Assembly: GCF_000025685.1 (NCBI RefSeq)
Contig: NC_013967.1
Coordinates: forward strand, 960,001 to 992,000
DNA from: Haloferax volcanii DS2
GTDB taxonomy: Archaea; Halobacteriota; Halobacteria; Halobacteriales; Haloferacaceae
Length of the DNA stretch: 32,000 nucleotides
Reading direction: 5' to 3'
In this document: positions 18,508-26,346 of the stretch, one piece after another
Layout: each line of letters opens with the position of its first letter
Numbering within the stretch: the stretch's first letter is position 1
Program-made: the position numbers and the translations under genes
Notes under the pieces: generated by a model
What the model saw: only the letters and a program-made list of their open reading frames with translations
The model's database searches: none
Told to the model about the DNA's origin: nothing

Positions 18508-18930
18508 ATGATAATCGACCCGTCACGGATGGCATCCGTCAACGGACCGGGACCCGATAGCGAGGTCGCGATGGAGGCGCTCCGGGGGACTGCGAAGGGG
18601 GCAGTCTCGCTGGTCGCCGTCTACGGTGCGACGGCGTTCGACCTGTTCCACGTCGGCGAAACCGTCCGTGAGGACTTTCGGAGTCGCGACGAACTCGTGG
18701 CGCACCTGAGTTCGCTCGCCGAGGAGACTCGGCGCGAGTTCATGGAACGCGGGCTGTTTTCCGGGCTGAGCCCGGTGCAAAACAGCGTCGAGTACCGCTT
18801 CGAGGAACGCGACGGCTACGGCGTGTTACAGGTCTACTGCGGCGGCCGCGGGATGTTGCTTTTCGTCGACCCCGACGAGAGCGTCGAGCCGCTGGTGAAG
18901 ACCGCGTCACAGCTTCTCGGCGGGATGTAA
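18508..18930 (+). CDS. Hypothetical protein (140 aa), same strand as and downstream of the ArsR-type gene
   Basis: ATG at 18508 preceded by a purine-rich GGGGGGAAACGA. Sequence MIIDPSRMASVNGPGPDSEVAMEALRGTAKGAVSLVAVYGATAFDLFHVGE...GYGVLQVYCGGRGMLLFVDPDESVEPLV. No motif I can name. The alternating beta/alpha pattern is loosely roadblock/LC7-like, but that is speculative. Confidence 0.55.
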   Translation: MIIDPSRMASVNGPGPDSEVAMEALRGTAKGAVSLVAVYGATAFDLFHVGETVREDFRSRDELVAHLSSLAEETRREFMERGLFSGLSPVQNSVEYRFEERDGYGVLQVYCGGRGMLLFVDPDESVEPLVKTASQLLGGM

Positions 18931-18935
18931 CCGCC

Positions 18936-18956
18936 CTCGGAGCCTCGCGCTCCGAG
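18936..18956 (+). other. Perfect 8-bp stem / 5-nt loop hairpin just after the stop of the 140-aa gene
   Basis: CTCGGAGC-ctcgc-GCTCCGAG, starting 6 nt after the TAA (18928-18930). No adjacent T-run, so its function as a terminator is uncertain. Confidence 0.4.
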
Positions 18957-19058
18957 TCGCGAACACGGTCGTGAGCGGTTGCGCTCGACTGCGTTCGACC
19001 GCGAGACGCGATACCGTACGGCGTGGGTCGGCGTGTCCGAGAGCCTCCGAACCGCCAC

Positions 19059-19066
19059 ATTTTATG
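19059..19066 (+). promoter_or_regulatory. TATA box (ATTTTATG) for hpt
   Basis: Lies 23-30 nt upstream of the ATG at 19089 in otherwise GC-rich sequence, the geometry expected for a leaderless transcript. Confidence 0.55.
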
Positions 19067-19088
19067 CCCGACCGGCGGAACGAGCGCC

Positions 19089-19655
19089 ATGGACCAGTTG
19101 CGGCAGTCCCTTCTCGACGCGCCGATCATCGAAAAAGGAGATTACGAGTACTTCGTCCACCCCATCAGCGACGGTGTTCCGATGCTGGAACCGGGGCTCC
19201 TCCGCGAAATCGTCATCAAAATCATCCGCAAGGCGAACCTCGAAAACGTCGACAAAATCGTCACGCCGGCGGCGATGGGCATCCACATCTCGACGGCCGT
19301 CTCGCTGATGACGGACATCCCGCTCGTCGTCATCCGCAAGCGCGAGTACGGCCTCGACGGCGAGGTGTCGCTCCACCAGCAGACGGGCTACTCCGAGGGC
19401 GACATGTTCATCAACGACGTCAACGAGGGCGACCGCGTGCTCGTCCTCGACGACGTGCTGTCGACCGGCGGCACGATGAAGGCCGTCCTCGACGCGCTCG
19501 ACCACATCGGCGCGGACGTCGTCGACACCGTCGCCATCATCAAGAAGGCCGGCCCGAACGAACTCGACGACTCGGACCACCACGTCAAGACGCTCATCAA
19601 CGTGACCGTCGAAGACGGCGAGGTCGTCATCGTCGACGAGCACGGCGACGACTGA
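19089..19655 (+). CDS. hpt: Hypoxanthine/guanine phosphoribosyltransferase (archaeal type I PRTase)
   Basis: Internal ATG at 19089 of ORF 19023..19655 gives [38 protein letters not shown]... The PRPP-binding loop is [13 protein letters not shown]. 188 aa. Confidence 0.88.
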   Translation: MDQLRQSLLDAPIIEKGDYEYFVHPISDGVPMLEPGLLREIVIKIIRKANLENVDKIVTPAAMGIHISTAVSLMTDIPLVVIRKREYGLDGEVSLHQQTGYSEGDMFINDVNEGDRVLVLDDVLSTGGTMKAVLDALDHIGADVVDTVAIIKKAGPNELDDSDHHVKTLINVTVEDGEVVIVDEHGDD

Positions 19656-19726
19656 CCCGACACCGACACGGCCGCGGCGTCAGAGCCGCGTCACTTTCGC
19701 CCGCGGATTTCCGCCTCCGCGGGGCC

Positions 19727-19731
19727 TTTTT
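19727..19731 (+). terminator. T5 run downstream of hpt
   Basis: ggggccTTTTTgtgcc, 72 nt after the hpt stop and 25 nt before the next ATG. It could equally be the TATA-like element of the DJ-1 gene. Confidence 0.35.
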
Positions 19732-19755
19732 GTGCCCGGGGCGTACTCGGGAGCG

Positions 19756-20430
19756 ATGACATCGGCGCTTTTCATCGTCAGCGAAGACGGCTACTGGGGA
19801 GAGGAATGCATCGAGCCGCTTACGACTCTGACCGACGCCGGCGTGGACGTAACCGTTGCGACGCCGACGGGCGGCGTCCCGGTCGTCGACGAGCGCTCTG
19901 TCGACCCCGAGGAGGTCGGCGAGGAACTCGCAGAGCGCGTCGTCGAGGTCCACGAGAACGACGAGCGACTCCAGAGCCCGAAGCCGATTGCACAGGTCGA
20001 CGCCGACGAGTACGACGCCGTGGTGTTCCCCGGCGGTCACGGGACCGCGTGGGACGTCAATCAGGACCGACACGCCCGACAGGCGCTCTTGCAGGCGGTC
20101 GCCGGCGACGACTCGAAGGCGCTCGTCGTCTGCCACGCGGTCGGCATCCTCGGATTCACCCGCGAGGCCGACGGCTCGTTCCTCGTTGAGGGGCGCGAGG
20201 TCACCGGCTTCCCCAACGAGTGGGAAGAGGGTATCGTCGACGACGACGATCTGATGCCCGACGGCCGGAAGCTCCCGTACTGGGTCGAAGACGAGGTGAA
20301 GGCCGTCGGCGGCGTCTGGGACGCCGAACTCGACAGCGACACCAGCGTCACCGTGGACGGCGACCTCATCACCGCGCGCGGCCCCGGTTCGTCGGCCGCG
20401 GCGGCCCAGACGCTGTTGGACGAACTGTAA
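19756..20430 (+). CDS. DJ-1/PfpI family protein (class I glutamine amidotransferase-like fold)
   Basis: MTSALFIVSEDGYWGEECIEPLTTLTDAGVDVTVATP...YDAVVFPGGHG...ALVVCHAVGILG, with the nucleophile-elbow Cys-His, and ...LITARGPGSSAAAA at the C-terminus. Confidence 0.85.
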   Translation: MTSALFIVSEDGYWGEECIEPLTTLTDAGVDVTVATPTGGVPVVDERSVDPEEVGEELAERVVEVHENDERLQSPKPIAQVDADEYDAVVFPGGHGTAWDVNQDRHARQALLQAVAGDDSKALVVCHAVGILGFTREADGSFLVEGREVTGFPNEWEEGIVDDDDLMPDGRKLPYWVEDEVKAVGGVWDAELDSDTSVTVDGDLITARGPGSSAAAAQTLLDEL

Positions 20431-20481
20431 GCCGCGGACGAGTCGGTCCCACCCGGGGACACCGCCCGCCGCAGGAGAACG

Positions 20482-20487
20482 TTTTTT
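20482..20487 (+). terminator. T6 run after the DJ-1/PfpI gene, or a TATA substitute for the HNH gene
   Basis: gaacgTTTTTTcgtcgg, 52 nt after the stop at 20430 and 25-30 nt before the GTG at 20512. Confidence 0.45.
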
Positions 20488-20511
20488 CGTCGGTCGGTCG
20501 TCGAAACTGCT

Positions 20512-21357
20512 GTGGAACTCGCAGCGCTCTCGCTCGAACCCGGCGAACGGTTGAGCGGGTCAGAACTCAGCACCCGGTTCGACCGCGGCATGACGGGGCG
20601 AGGCATTGAAATCTGTTACGACGACGACGACCAACGGTATCTCCGTCTCTTTTCGAGCGATACCGGGCCGTACGGTGACGACGTGACCGGCGGCGAGTTC
20701 ACGTACGTCGGAGAAGGACGGACCGGTGACCAGACGCTCACCGGCGGGAACAAGTTTCTGGCGCGGGCGAAACGCCACCCGTTACCGATATTCTTCTTCC
20801 ACCGCGAGTCGGGAGAGGCCGACTGGGAGTATCAGGGCCAAGTCGAGGTCGTCGATTACGCGTGCGGACCGTTCGAAGGCGACGACAGGGACGTCTATCG
20901 ATTCGTGCTCCGCCGCCGTCACGAAACGCGGGAGCGAGTCGACGACGAGGAAGCCGCCGCAGACCTCGCGCCCGCGGGACGCACCGAGACGACGCGGAGC
21001 CGAATCATTCGGAACACGACACTTGCGGCCGAGTTGAAAGCGCGGTACTCCCACACGTGCCAAGTCTGTGGGGAGCGTCGTCGCCGGGGGGTTCACGACG
21101 GGTACGCCGAGGCGCACCATCTCAAACCGCTCGGGCGGCCCCACGATGGCCCGGACGTCAAGGCGAACCTGCTCGTTCTCTGCCCCGACCACCACGCGGA
21201 CTTCGACTACGGAATGATAGCCGTCGACCCCGAGACGTACACCATCGCCCACGCCTACGAACGCGAGTTAGACGGGGCTTCGCTTTCTGTCCGCGAGGAC
21301 CACGACCTCGATGCCGCGTTTCTCGACTACCACAACCGAACCATCGCGTCGTTTTAA
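20512..21357 (+). CDS. Putative modification-dependent (type IV) restriction endonuclease: N-terminal SRA/YDG-like reader domain fused to a C-terminal HNH nuclease
   Basis: 281 aa, GTG start. The C-terminus, HTCQVCGERRRRGVHDGYAEAHHLKPLGRPHDGPDVKANLLVLCPDHHADFDYG, is an HNH (HNH_2-type) motif with a CxxC...CxxH zinc site. The N-terminus, ...GRGIEICYDDDDQRYLRLFSSDTGPYGDDVTGGEFTYVGEGRTGDQTLTGGNKFLARAKRHPLPIFFFHRESGEADWEYQGQVEVV, follows the SRA pattern (GI..., Y-x-G-x-G, DQ, GN-x-L, buried beta-strand, Y-x-G-x-V). Many A/T-ending codons (TTA, ATA, ATT, TAT, TTT, GAT, CGT, CAA) contrast with the flanking genes. Confidence 0.75.
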   Translation: MELAALSLEPGERLSGSELSTRFDRGMTGRGIEICYDDDDQRYLRLFSSDTGPYGDDVTGGEFTYVGEGRTGDQTLTGGNKFLARAKRHPLPIFFFHRESGEADWEYQGQVEVVDYACGPFEGDDRDVYRFVLRRRHETRERVDDEEAAADLAPAGRTETTRSRIIRNTTLAAELKARYSHTCQVCGERRRRGVHDGYAEAHHLKPLGRPHDGPDVKANLLVLCPDHHADFDYGMIAVDPETYTIAHAYERELDGASLSVREDHDLDAAFLDYHNRTIASF

Positions 21358-21366
21358 CCGCGCTCG

Positions 21367-21666
21367 CTACTCGATTTTGAACACGGCTTCTTCGATGCCC
21401 TCGCTTCGGCACTCCGGACACCGCGAGGGGTAGTTCACGGGGTCGTCGAAGGCGGTGAAGCCGCAGTGTTTGCACTCCGGCGGCGCGACGAGGAACTGTT
21501 CGCCGTCCTCTCCGTGGACCGTTCGGGCGACGTGCTGGAGGTGGCCGTACACCGACGACACCGAGACGCCGACGCTCGCGGAGAGTTCGGAGGCTGTCGC
21601 GGGGTCGTCGCGGAGGGCGTCGGCGATGCGCTGGCGGGCCGTCGTGTCGGACTCCCGGGCTGTCAT
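21367..21666 (-). CDS. Transcription regulator: ArsR-like HTH fused to a C-terminal zinc ribbon (COG3357-type)
   Basis: 99 aa. QRIADALRDDPATASELSASVGVSVSSVYGHLQHV (HTH), then CKHCGF...CPECRS (four-Cys ribbon). Convergent with the HNH gene, with a 9-nt spacer. Confidence 0.8.
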   Translation of the reverse strand: MTARESDTTARQRIADALRDDPATASELSASVGVSVSSVYGHLQHVARTVHGEDGEQFLVAPPECKHCGFTAFDDPVNYPSRCPECRSEGIEEAVFKIE

Positions 21667-21780
21667 ATCGCTCGATTGGGAGTCGAAGGGAAAATCCCTT
21701 GCGCCGCCGGCGGCCGAGAAATGTCAGCAAGATAGAGAGGATGCAAAAAGGCCTTGTCCACGTGGCTGGACGTGGGGTGT

Positions 21781-22749
21781 ATGAAGGCAGTCGTCCTTGC
21801 CGGTGGGTACGCGACGCGTCTGTGGCCGATTACCAAACACCGACCCAAGATGTTCTTACCCGTCGGTGACCAGACGGTCATCGACACCATCTTCGAAGAC
21901 CTGGAGGCCGACGACCGGGTCTCGGAGGTGTTCGTGAGCACGAACGAGCGTTTCGCCGGCGCGTTCGAGGAGTACATCGACGAGTCGCCGTTCGACAAGC
22001 CGACGCTGTCGGTCGAAGACACGAGCGAGGAAGACGAGAAGTTCGGCGTCGTCGGCGCGCTCGCCCAACTCATCGACCGCGAGGAGGTCGACGAGGACCT
22101 CGTCGTCATCGCGGGCGACAACCTCATCAGCTTCGACGTGGGCGACTTCGTGGACTTCTTCTACGAGAAAAACGAGCCGTGTCTCGCCGCCTACGACGTG
22201 GGTGACAAAGAGCGCGCGAAGGCGTACGGCCTCGTCGAACTCGACGGCGACCGCGTCATCAACTTCCAGGAGAAGCCCGAGGACCCCAAGAGCACGCTCG
22301 TCTCCATCGCCTGCTACGCCATCCCGGCGGACGACCTGCCCAAGTTCGACGAGTATCTCTCCGGCGACAACAACCCCGACGAGCCCGGCTGGTTCATGCA
22401 GTGGCTCCAACAGACGGGCGACCTGTTCGCCTACACGTTCGACGAGGCGTGGTTCGACATCGGAACGCCCCAGAGCTACCTCGACGCCGTGGGGTGGTAT
22501 CTCGACGGCGAGAACTTCGTCCACGAGTCGGCGACGCTCACGAACACCGAGGTCGGCACCAACGTCCACGTCATGGCCGACGCGGTGGTCGAAGACTCCG
22601 TCCTCGAAGAGTCCGTGGTGTTCCCCGGCGCGGTCATCCGAAACGCGGAGCTCAAGAACTCCATCGTCGACGAGGAGACGCACATCGAGAGCCTCGACCT
22701 CTCGAACGCCCTCATCGGGGCGCACTCGCGGTTGACGAACGGGCAGTAA
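21781..22749 (+). CDS. Sugar-1-phosphate nucleotidyltransferase (NDP-sugar pyrophosphorylase) with a C-terminal hexapeptide-repeat region
   Basis: Internal ATG at 21781 gives MKAVVLAGGYATRLWPITKHRPKMFLPV (the GGxxTRLxPxTxxxPK signature). The C-terminus has left-handed beta-helix-like repeats (VGTNVHVMADAVVEDSVLEESVVFPGAVIRNAELKNSIV). Confidence 0.88.
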   Translation: MKAVVLAGGYATRLWPITKHRPKMFLPVGDQTVIDTIFEDLEADDRVSEVFVSTNERFAGAFEEYIDESPFDKPTLSVEDTSEEDEKFGVVGALAQLIDREEVDEDLVVIAGDNLISFDVGDFVDFFYEKNEPCLAAYDVGDKERAKAYGLVELDGDRVINFQEKPEDPKSTLVSIACYAIPADDLPKFDEYLSGDNNPDEPGWFMQWLQQTGDLFAYTFDEAWFDIGTPQSYLDAVGWYLDGENFVHESATLTNTEVGTNVHVMADAVVEDSVLEESVVFPGAVIRNAELKNSIVDEETHIESLDLSNALIGAHSRLTNGQ

Positions 22750-22790
22750 CGCGGTCCCGCGGGCCGAACCCGCAACCCGGCCGCGAGTTC

Positions 22791-23513
22791 TTATCCTGAT
22801 TCTTCCCCGAGGAACGCGTCGGTGATGCGGAGGCGGCCGTGGGTCCCCTCCCACTCCGTCTCGTACTCCAGTTCGATGGGGCGGTCCATGTGCGGCCCGT
22901 CGGTGACGAGCGTCTCGAACTCGCCGCCTTCGCCGAGGATGTGGACGCCGTACCGGTCGTTGAGCGCCGCCAGTTCGTCGAGCGTGTCGGCGTCGAGCGT
23001 CCGGCCGAGCCACGACTCGTCGAGGCCGTGAGCCGCGACCTGGATGATGGTGATTTCGAAGCCCGCCTCGAGCATGGCGTCGCCGAGTTCGCGGGGGTTT
23101 TCCTGCCACAGCGGGGCGAACAGGTCGATGTCGAGGCGGTCGCACATCGCCTGAATCCGGTCGGTCTGGAACTCGCTTTCGATGGCTCCGGCGGTGACGC
23201 CCGCGAGGTCCATCTCGGCTTGGAGGTCCGACAGCGCCGCTTCGAGGGGTTCGAGTTCGGCGTCGCCCTGCGCGCCGGAGTCGGCGGCGGCGGTCGCTTC
23301 GAGGTCGCCGGGATGGACTTCGACGAGTTCGATGCCGGTGCTCTCGGCGGCGAGCGCGGCGAGGTCGGTCGCCGGCACGTGGTACATGTACGAGTCGTCG
23401 CTGGGGTGGACGGTCAGGAGGCGGGTGACGTTCAACCCCTCTTCGAGCGCGCGGTAGAGCGCCCACGAGGAGTCCTTGCCGCCGGAAAAGAGACTGACCC
23501 ACTCGGATGTCAT
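22791..23513 (-). CDS. dph6: Diphthine-ammonia ligase-like N-type ATP pyrophosphatase (Dph6 / MJ0570 family)
   Basis: 240 aa. WVSLFSGGKDSSWALYRA PP-loop (SGGKDS), followed by the ...GEGGEFETLVTDGP motif characteristic of the DUF71/Dph6 family. Confidence 0.85.
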   Translation of the reverse strand: MTSEWVSLFSGGKDSSWALYRALEEGLNVTRLLTVHPSDDSYMYHVPATDLAALAAESTGIELVEVHPGDLEATAAADSGAQGDAELEPLEAALSDLQAEMDLAGVTAGAIESEFQTDRIQAMCDRLDIDLFAPLWQENPRELGDAMLEAGFEITIIQVAAHGLDESWLGRTLDADTLDELAALNDRYGVHILGEGGEFETLVTDGPHMDRPIELEYETEWEGTHGRLRITDAFLGEESG

Positions 23514-23587
23514 GGAGGCGATAGCGCGTTGGAGGAGTTAGGCGCTACGGTGTACACGCCGCGGACTCGTTTCGATAGACCTCCGGA

Positions 23588-24540
23588 CTACATATAGCCC
23601 AAATCGCGGAGCCGACCCATCAGGTCCTCTTTGTCCTGCGCGCGCCCCTCGCGTTCCGCGCTCGCGCCGAGGTCCTGCGCCCACGCGGGGCGGTCGTCGG
23701 ACTTCGCGGACCCGGATTCGGTACCGAGCGAGCGGTAGCCCTCGAAGTACTTCGGCGAGACGGGCAGGTCCGCGGGTTCGACGCCGTCGGGCAGGTCGTC
23801 GATGGACGCGGGGACGTGGCCCGCGGGGTAGCCCTCGACCGAGTCGGGGACGATGTACTCCCAGAACGCCGCCCACACGTCGGTCTCCTCGAACTGGAGG
23901 ATGGGGTGAACGCGGTCGTGTGGCGGGTACTTCTCGGAGTCGTGGCGGGGGCTGAAGAACGTCTCGTCGCCGCGAGACTCCTGTTCGTCCCAGCGGACGC
24001 CCGAGAAGACGCCGTCGAAGCCGCGGGCTTCGAGCGTGTCGTTGAGTGCGACGGTTTTCAAGAGGTGGTTGCCCTCGAAGCTGTCGGCGTCGAGGACGAC
24101 GGTCTCGCCCTCGTGGCCGAGGCGGGCGAGTTCGCGGCGGGTATCGTCGCCGAGGTCCGCGAGGGGAATCTCGTCGCCGGGCGACGCGCCGAGGCGCGCG
24201 AACTCCTCGTTGCGGGCGACGACGAGGTCGAGACGCCAGCGGTCGGCCCACTCGCGGACGAACGCCTCGGTCTCGTCGAAATGTTCGAAGTGGTTGATGA
24301 AGACGACCGGCGGCACGGGAACGCCCGTGTCGGCAGCGACTTCGCGGACGACGTAAAGGACGAGCGTGGAGTCCTTGCCGCCGGTCCACATGACGGCCGG
24401 ACGCTCGTCTGTTCGAGCGCGGTCGCGGCCACTGTCGCTGCCTTTTCGAGTTTGTCCGCCAGCGTCGGGTAGTCCGCGGCGGTCGCCTCGCGGCCGTCGT
24501 CGTAGTCGAGGTCGAGGTAGTCTGGGAACGTGTGAACCAT
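23588..24540 (-). pseudogene. CysD-like PP-loop protein (PAPS reductase / sulfate adenylyltransferase subunit 2 family), copy 1, disrupted by a 1-nt frameshift
   Basis: From the ATG at 24540 the frame reads MVHTFPDYLDLDYDDGREATAADYPTLADKLEKAATVAATALEQ, then runs into nonsense. The rest of the protein (DERPAVMWTGGKDSTLVLY...REGRAQDKEDLMGRLRDLGYM*) is in the frame ending at 23588. The two frames join between 24408 and 24409. Adding one base restores LEQ-x-ERPAVMW, collinear with LEQYENPAVMW in the neighbouring paralog. Confidence 0.8.
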
Positions 24541-24664
24541 ACAGCAAGACTCGGCCGCGGAGACTATCGCTGTTTCCGCTGTGGGACGGTCGCAGTCGCT
24601 CTCGAAGCGGGGGCCGCGAAAAAGGTGGCCGTGACGCGGCGTTCGCGTCAGGCGTCGGCCGTCG

Positions 24665-25642
24665 TCACATGTAGCCGAGGTCGCGCAGGCGCTCCATCAG
24701 GTCCTCTTTGTCCTGGGCGCGGCCCGCGCGCTCGGTCGTGTTCTCCATGTCCTGCAGCCACGCCGGTTCCTCGGCGGACTTGTCGGTCGAGACCTCGCTG
24801 CCGAGACTCCGGAAGCCGGCGAAGTACTTCGGCGAGACGGGCACGTCTTCCTGCGTGACACCCTCGGGGAGGTCGGTGTCGCTCGTCGGGACGTAGCCGT
24901 CCTCGGGGTAGTTCTCGACGGTGTCCGGGACCGCGAAGTACCAGAAGGCGTCCCAGACGGCGCTCTCTTCGAACTGGAGGATGGGTTGAATGCGGTCGTG
25001 CGGGGGGTAGATGTCGGGGTCGTGACGGGGGCTGAAGAACGTCTCGTCGGCGCGGGCCTCCTGTTCGTCCCAGCGGACGCCGGAGATGACGCCGTCGATG
25101 TCGTGTTCTTCGAGGGTGTCGTTGAGCGCGACAGTCTTCAGCAGGTGGTTGCCGACGTAGGTGTCGAGCAGGAAGGGGAACGTGTCTTCCTCGTATTCGA
25201 GAATCTCGCGGACGTGGTGCTGGTTGTGCTCGGAGAGTTCGGACACCGGGATGTCGTCGCCGGGTTCGAGGCCGTTCTCGTCGACGTACGCGCCGACGTC
25301 CTCGTTGCGCGCCCAGATGACGTCGAGGTCCCACTCCTCGGCCCAGTGCTCGACGAAGTCCATGATCTCGTCGAAGTGCTGGTAGTGGTCGATGAACACC
25401 GCCGGCGGCACTTCGAGGTCGTAGCGCTCTGCGACCTCCTTGATGAAGTAGAGCGTGAGCGTCGAGTCCTTCCCGCCGGTCCACATCACGGCGGGGTTCT
25501 CGTACTGTTCGAGACCCTGCTTCGTGACCTCGATGGCCTTCTCGATTTTGTCCTCGATACTCGGGTAGTCCTCCGGCGTCTCACCTTCGCCGTCGGTGTA
25601 GTCGACGTCGAGGTAGTCCGGGAAGGATTCGGCTTCCGACAT
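24665..25642 (-). CDS. CysD-like PP-loop protein (PAPS reductase / sulfate adenylyltransferase subunit 2 family), copy 2, intact
   Basis: 325 aa. PAVMWTGGKDSTLTLYFIKEV (PP-loop), GVRWDEQEARADETFFSPR, FRSLG, and the C-terminal TTERAGRAQDKEDLMERLRDLGYM. These parallel E. coli CysD motifs as I recall them ([53 protein letters not shown]). There is no CysH-type ECGLH motif. Confidence 0.85.
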   Translation of the reverse strand: MSEAESFPDYLDVDYTDGEGETPEDYPSIEDKIEKAIEVTKQGLEQYENPAVMWTGGKDSTLTLYFIKEVAERYDLEVPPAVFIDHYQHFDEIMDFVEHWAEEWDLDVIWARNEDVGAYVDENGLEPGDDIPVSELSEHNQHHVREILEYEEDTFPFLLDTYVGNHLLKTVALNDTLEEHDIDGVISGVRWDEQEARADETFFSPRHDPDIYPPHDRIQPILQFEESAVWDAFWYFAVPDTVENYPEDGYVPTSDTDLPEGVTQEDVPVSPKYFAGFRSLGSEVSTDKSAEEPAWLQDMENTTERAGRAQDKEDLMERLRDLGYM

Positions 25643-25646
25643 GATG

Positions 25647-25656
25647 TGTAATTACA
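25647..25656. promoter_or_regulatory. Perfect 10-bp palindrome TGTAATTACA between a TATA-like element and the start codon of CysD-like copy 2
   Basis: The palindrome lies 5-14 nt upstream of the ATG (25642). On the minus strand, an ATTTAC element (plus strand 25671-25677) sits at about -30. Confidence 0.45.
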
Positions 25657-25779
25657 TCTAATTAGGCGGTGTAAATGCTTTTTGCCCGAGGCGTAGTGTG
25701 ACGCGTGATACCGCCGAGCACGATTTGGGCCGCTAGCTCACGCGGTCCGGCGGTGACGGGATGAGGAGATACGACGCGT

Positions 25780-26346
25780 TTAGGAGATGAACTTGTTGTC
25801 GCGCCAGTTGATTCCGCTGTCCGAGGAACCGTTCTGCTGGGGGTTCTCGACGACTTCGACGGAGGCGGCACGCACCTCGCCTTCGACGATGCGCGTCGCC
25901 TGCAGTTCGTCGCTTTCCTCGGTGATGGCGGTCAGCGTCCCCTTCTCCGAGAGCATCGCAATCTCGCGGAGGACGAGGAACATCGGGTACTGAAGCGCCG
26001 TGTTCTGGAGCACGGTTTCGAGGTCGCCTTTGAAGCAGGCGAACTCGACGAGTTCGGAGGGAATCTCCTCTTCTTCTTCGTCTCCCCAGTTGGGCGCGCC
26101 CGCTCGGGGCGGCTCTTCTTCGTAGACGCGATTTTCCGTCACGCTCGCTTTCAACTGGGCCGTCGGCGTGTACTTGCTGAGGTTGTCGTCGGCGGAGACG
26201 GCTTTGATGATGAGAGTGTTGTTTCGGCGGGTGATGTCTACGTTCTCGACCTCAGGCGGCAGTTCTGGGTCGTTTTCGAAGTAGTCCATCACGTCTTCGA
26301 GTGGCAGTTCCAACGTCGAATGGAGTCGATATACGCGGCCTGACAT
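25780..26346 (-). CDS. Hypothetical, very acidic protein (188 aa)
   Basis: Internal ATG (complement of 26344-26346) of ORF 25780..26745 gives MSGRVYRLHSTLELPLEDVMDYFENDPELPPEVENVDITRRNNTLIIKAV...WGDEEEEEIPSELVEF... The 133-aa upstream extension is Arg-rich nonsense. No domain recognised. Confidence 0.6.
   Translation of the reverse strand: MSGRVYRLHSTLELPLEDVMDYFENDPELPPEVENVDITRRNNTLIIKAVSADDNLSKYTPTAQLKASVTENRVYEEEPPRAGAPNWGDEEEEEIPSELVEFACFKGDLETVLQNTALQYPMFLVLREIAMLSEKGTLTAITEESDELQATRIVEGEVRAASVEVVENPQQNGSSDSGINWRDNKFIS

Noticed and set aside
21856-23502. 548-aa minus-strand ORF
   Set aside because: It runs antisense through the nucleotidyltransferase gene and out of frame through the Dph6-like gene. 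It is extremely Arg/Pro-rich, which is not a haloarchaeal protein composition.
24392-24547. Start of the track ORF 23588..24547 (MLYGSHVPRLPRPRLRRRPRG...)
   Set aside because: These 52 residues are an off-frame reading of the true N-terminus. The true N-terminus is found in the frame starting at 24540 (MVHTFPDYLDLDYDDG...), which matches the paralog. See the frameshift finding.
25702-25744. Inverted repeat CGCGTGA ... TCACGCG with a 29-nt loop downstream of the acidic hypothetical gene
   Set aside because: The stem is only 7 bp, the loop is large, and there is no T-run on the transcribed (minus) strand. This is too weak to call a terminator or an RNA element.
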